The notes under the pieces were generated by a model. It saw nothing but the letters and a program-made list of their open reading frames with translations, did no database searches and had not been told where the DNA came from. A stretch of 64,000 bases of DNA. Origin: Ignavibacteria bacterium. GTDB lineage: Bacteria; Bacteroidota; Ignavibacteria; UBA10030; SZUA-254. The translations under genes and the position numbers were made by a program. Below are positions 61,024-64,000 of this stretch, in pieces; within the stretch, counting starts at the first letter, position 1, and each line of letters opens with the position of its first letter. Where the stretch lies: assembly GCA_016178625.1 (NCBI GenBank), contig JACOSX010000129.1:3898-67897 (forward strand), written 5' to 3'.

Positions 61024-61764
61024 TTGATGGTTAAGGTCTTTATCGATTTTGATGGGACGATCACGCGTCGCGATGTCGGAGACACATTGTTCGAAAGATT
61101 TGGTGGCAAGCAGTCTGTTGATGCCGTCGAGAGCTATCGCCAAGGGATGATCTCCGCCGTGGAATGTTTCCTCCGTGAATGTGCTGCGTGTGGCGATGTG
61201 AGTACCGGCGCACTCAATAGTTTCTTGGATGAACAAGAGATTGATCCCACGTTCATTGATTTCATCCAATACTGTCGCGAGCGCGGGCTGGAACACTTCA
61301 TCGTGAGCGATGGGATGGATTATTATATCCGGTATATTCTCCATCGTCACGGGGTGGAGGTTCCATTGTTCTCGAACAGCTTAACCCTTATTCCGAAAGG
61401 TGACGGTTCGGTGGTTCAGTTTTATCCATCGTTCCCCTATACGGATGAAGTATGTGATCGATGTGCGTGCTGTAAGCGCAACCACATGTTAACACTCTGT
61501 GAGGAAGATGATATCATCGTCTACATCGGCGAGGGTTATTCAGACCGGTGTCCGGCGCGATTTGCCGACGTTGTCTTTGCGAAGGATGATCTCTTACGAT
61601 TCTGCCAGCAAGAAAATATTTCATTCTTTGAATACCAGACGTTTGCCGACATCCAGAAACGGCTGACGACCATGCTTAACCAGAATATCTCACAAAGCCG
61701 ACCCACTCTGAAGAAACGCCGACAGGCAGAACTCGCACGCCGTGATGTATTTTTGGGTGGTTGA
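61024..61764 (+). CDS. HAD-superfamily phosphatase, MtnX (2-hydroxy-3-keto-5-methylthiopentenyl-1-phosphate phosphatase)-like
   Basis: HAD motif I (VFIDFDGTIT) and motif IV (YIGEGYSDRCPA) are present. The Cys-rich middle region matches the MtnX-type subfamily as I recall it. Confidence 0.5.
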   Translation: MMVKVFIDFDGTITRRDVGDTLFERFGGKQSVDAVESYRQGMISAVECFLRECAACGDVSTGALNSFLDEQEIDPTFIDFIQYCRERGLEHFIVSDGMDYYIRYILHRHGVEVPLFSNSLTLIPKGDGSVVQFYPSFPYTDEVCDRCACCKRNHMLTLCEEDDIIVYIGEGYSDRCPARFADVVFAKDDLLRFCQQENISFFEYQTFADIQKRLTTMLNQNISQSRPTLKKRRQAELARRDVFLGG

Positions 61765-61774
61765 TAGGAGCTAC

Positions 61775-62350
61775 ATGGATTTCCGGCAACGGCTGTTTCA
61801 GTATCGTAGCTATACTCCGATCCCGTTTTTGTTGGTTATGATCATTGTTGCCCATCCGACCCCCCTGAGTCTTGTGACAGGATTGTTCATTGTAGCATTT
61901 GGTGAGTTTCTTCGCTTGTGGGGTGTTGCGATCGCCGGAAGCGAAACACGTACGACAGGACCGGTCGGCGGGACCTTCTTAATCACGAAGGGTCCATTTT
62001 CATTTGTCCGCAACCCCCTTTACGTCGGGAATATCCTGATGTATTTCGGTGTCGGGGTCATGTCTAATACTCCGGTCTTAGCGCTGGTCGCTCTTTTTTA
62101 TTTTCTCTTCCAATATTCAATGATCGTAAGCCTGGAAGAAGAATATCTCTTGAAGGCATTTGGTAATGAATATGTCAAGTACTGTCAATCCGTACCAAGA
62201 TTCATTCCAGTGTTTAAGCGATACAATGACGGGATTCACCCGCAACCGGAGTTGGATTGGACGCGTGGTCTGATATCTGAAAAACGAACACTGCAGGCAA
62301 TCGGACTACTGACCATCGCGCTCTTAATCCTTTGGCGTCTTAGGGGATAG
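61775..62350 (+). CDS. Isoprenylcysteine carboxyl methyltransferase (ICMT/PEMT) family membrane methyltransferase
   Basis: ATG at 61775 follows aggag. TM helices are followed by the family block GPFSFVRNPLYVGNILMYFGVGV...EEEYLLKAFGNEY. Confidence 0.6.
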   Translation: MDFRQRLFQYRSYTPIPFLLVMIIVAHPTPLSLVTGLFIVAFGEFLRLWGVAIAGSETRTTGPVGGTFLITKGPFSFVRNPLYVGNILMYFGVGVMSNTPVLALVALFYFLFQYSMIVSLEEEYLLKAFGNEYVKYCQSVPRFIPVFKRYNDGIHPQPELDWTRGLISEKRTLQAIGLLTIALLILWRLRG

Positions 62351-62355
62351 ATCAC

Positions 62356-63474
62356 ATGCGAGTGATGATGATTGCGGGAGAAGCATCCGGCGATTTGCAC
62401 GGATCAGGAGTTGTGCGAGAGCTAAAACGCCGAGTGCCAGAGTGTGAGATCACGGGGATCGGCGGCGACAAGATGCAAGCGGCGGGCATGGATCTGGTTT
62501 ACCATATCCGCGAGCTTTCGGTGATGGGTTTCGTGGAAGTCATTCAACACCTCCCGCTACTAAAATCCGTCGAGCGAACCCTTGAAGCCTTATTGAAATA
62601 TCGCAAGCCTGATGTTCTTGTGCTGATTGATTACCCCGGATTCAATCTCCGATTTGCCCGGTCTGCTCGAAAGCATGGAATCAAGATCGTCTATTATATC
62701 AGCCCGCAAGTGTGGGCGTGGAATCCCGGTCGGCTGCGAAAGATGAAAGATGTGATCGATAAAATGCTGGTTGTGTTCCCATTCGAGGTTGACATCTACC
62801 GGCGTGAAGGGATCGCAGTTGAGTTTGTCGGGCATCCCTTGCTTGAAGTTCTCGGCGAACCACAAGGGCGCGCGGAGTTTTGTAAGCGATATGGTTTCGA
62901 CGAGAACAAACGCATCCTTGGATTGTTTCCGGGGAGCCGACGTCAGGAGTTAGAAAGCATATTTCCTGTAATGCTCGGCGCCGCGAGGATGCTGAAGAAT
63001 CGAAATGATGTTCAAGTTGCTGTCGGCGTTTCATCGGTGCTTGATTTTGATTTTGTGAAGTCGTTCGTTCGAGATGATCTCAGCGTACAGCTGATCCAAA
63101 GTGCGACCCATGACGTGATGAAGAATTCGGACGTAGCGCTCGTGACATCAGGAACAGCGACACTGGAAACTGGGTACTATCGGACGCCGATGGTGGTTGT
63201 GTACCGGACATCGGTGCTCTCGTACCTTGTCAGCAAACTTCTTATTCGCATTAAGAATATCGGACTGGTCAACATTGTTGCAGGTGAAACGGTTGTGCCG
63301 GAATTGGTGCAATCGAGCGCGACCCCCCAGAGACTTGCCAGCGAAGCTTTGAAGATGTTGGAAAGTGAACGCTTGAGAGAAGACATTGCGCGCAAACTCG
63401 GAGCAATACGAGAGAGAATGGGAACGCCGGGAGCTTCGAGGCGCGTGGCAGAAACGATTCTCTCATTCGCTTGA
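62356..63474 (+). CDS. lpxB: Lipid-A-disaccharide synthase
   Basis: MRVMMIAGEASGDLHGSGVVREL... is an LpxB N-terminus; the SPQVWAW block is present. Length is 372 aa. Confidence 0.85.
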   Translation: MRVMMIAGEASGDLHGSGVVRELKRRVPECEITGIGGDKMQAAGMDLVYHIRELSVMGFVEVIQHLPLLKSVERTLEALLKYRKPDVLVLIDYPGFNLRFARSARKHGIKIVYYISPQVWAWNPGRLRKMKDVIDKMLVVFPFEVDIYRREGIAVEFVGHPLLEVLGEPQGRAEFCKRYGFDENKRILGLFPGSRRQELESIFPVMLGAARMLKNRNDVQVAVGVSSVLDFDFVKSFVRDDLSVQLIQSATHDVMKNSDVALVTSGTATLETGYYRTPMVVVYRTSVLSYLVSKLLIRIKNIGLVNIVAGETVVPELVQSSATPQRLASEALKMLESERLREDIARKLGAIRERMGTPGASRRVAETILSFA

Positions 63475-63493
63475 GGATCGCTCGTCGGATGAC

Positions 63494-64000
63494 ATGCGTA
63501 AAGCCCTGATCCCACTTTCATGGTTCTTTGCGTTGGTGGTCAGAATCAGAAACCTGGCGTATGATGTTGGGATCTTTCGCGTGCATCGAGTTGCTGTGCC
63601 TGTCGTTTCGGTCGGTAACTTGACAGCTGGCGGAACGGGAAAGACGCCGTTTGTTGAATTCATCGTGAGATCGTTACTTGCCAAAGGGATGAGAGTCGCG
63701 GTGTTGAGCCGTGGGTACAAGCGAAAGACGAGTGGAACGCAAATAGTTTCGGATGGGAACACGATATACGGAAATGCTGAGTCAATAGGTGATGAACCAT
63801 GCCAGATCGCAACGAAATTTCCCTCAGCCATTGTTATTGTCGATGAACACCGCGCGCGCGGTGCCGCGATCGCAGTCGAGCGCTATCGTCCCCATGTTAT
63901 CGTTCTGGATGATGGTTTTCAGCACCGAAGCCTTAAGAGGGATCTAGATATTGTTATGATTGATGGAAAAACGACATTAAGTAGGATCCCGATGATTCCC
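63494..64000 (+). CDS. lpxK: Tetraacyldisaccharide 4'-kinase, N-terminal part (3' end outside the window)
   Basis: ATG at 63494. MRKALIPLSWFFALVVRIRNLAYDVGIFRVHRVAVPVVSVGNLTAGGTGKTP is the P-loop, and LDDGFQH is conserved in LpxK. It runs off the window edge and is absent from the ORF track. Confidence 0.8.
   Translation, partial: MRKALIPLSWFFALVVRIRNLAYDVGIFRVHRVAVPVVSVGNLTAGGTGKTPFVEFIVRSLLAKGMRVAVLSRGYKRKTSGTQIVSDGNTIYGNAESIGDEPCQIATKFPSAIVIVDEHRARGAAIAVERYRPHVIVLDDGFQHRSLKRDLDIVMIDGKTTLSRIPMIP

Overview
This is a gene-dense stretch of bacterial chromosome, about 50% GC, with most genes on the + strand from about 9.6 kb onward. I support 48 protein-coding features (the first and last are cut by the window edges). 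I found no rRNA, tRNA or CRISPR array.

The large secreted protein at 9641..13915 ends in a Por/T9SS C-terminal sorting domain, which points to the FCB superphylum. Many genes also have strong AGGAGG Shine-Dalgarno sequences, so a non-Bacteroidia lineage such as Ignavibacteriae or Calditrichaeota is an inference, not a call.

Core genes present: uvrB, gap-pgk, tpiA, ispG, folD, gatB, sucC, smc and lpxB-lpxK.

Accessory and unusual content:
- An IS200-like REP-associated tyrosine transposase (RAYT) bracketed by two identical 34-bp hairpin REPs, inserted at the stop codon of a fused E1 alpha/beta dehydrogenase gene.
- A second family of dispersed intergenic hairpin repeats (three copies) whose stems differ by paired compensatory changes.
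- A 24-nt motif shared between two distant intergenic regions, one of which folds into a roughly 110-nt terminator-ended structure that may be a small RNA.
- Two paralogous four-helix-bundle (23S rRNA IVS / Avd-like family) genes flanking an aminopeptidase gene, the second with two frameshifts.
- A glycoside hydrolase family 2 (GH2)-like domain fused to a polytopic membrane domain, with its nucleophile Glu apparently replaced.
- An inward-rectifier potassium channel (KirBac).
- A peptide-uptake and degradation locus: two OPT transporters, PepD, an aminopeptidase and proline dehydrogenase.
- A NagZ-beta-lactamase fusion next to a BadF-type sugar kinase.
- Several apparent frameshifts.

All protein calls come from reading motifs by eye in the translations; I ran no database searches.
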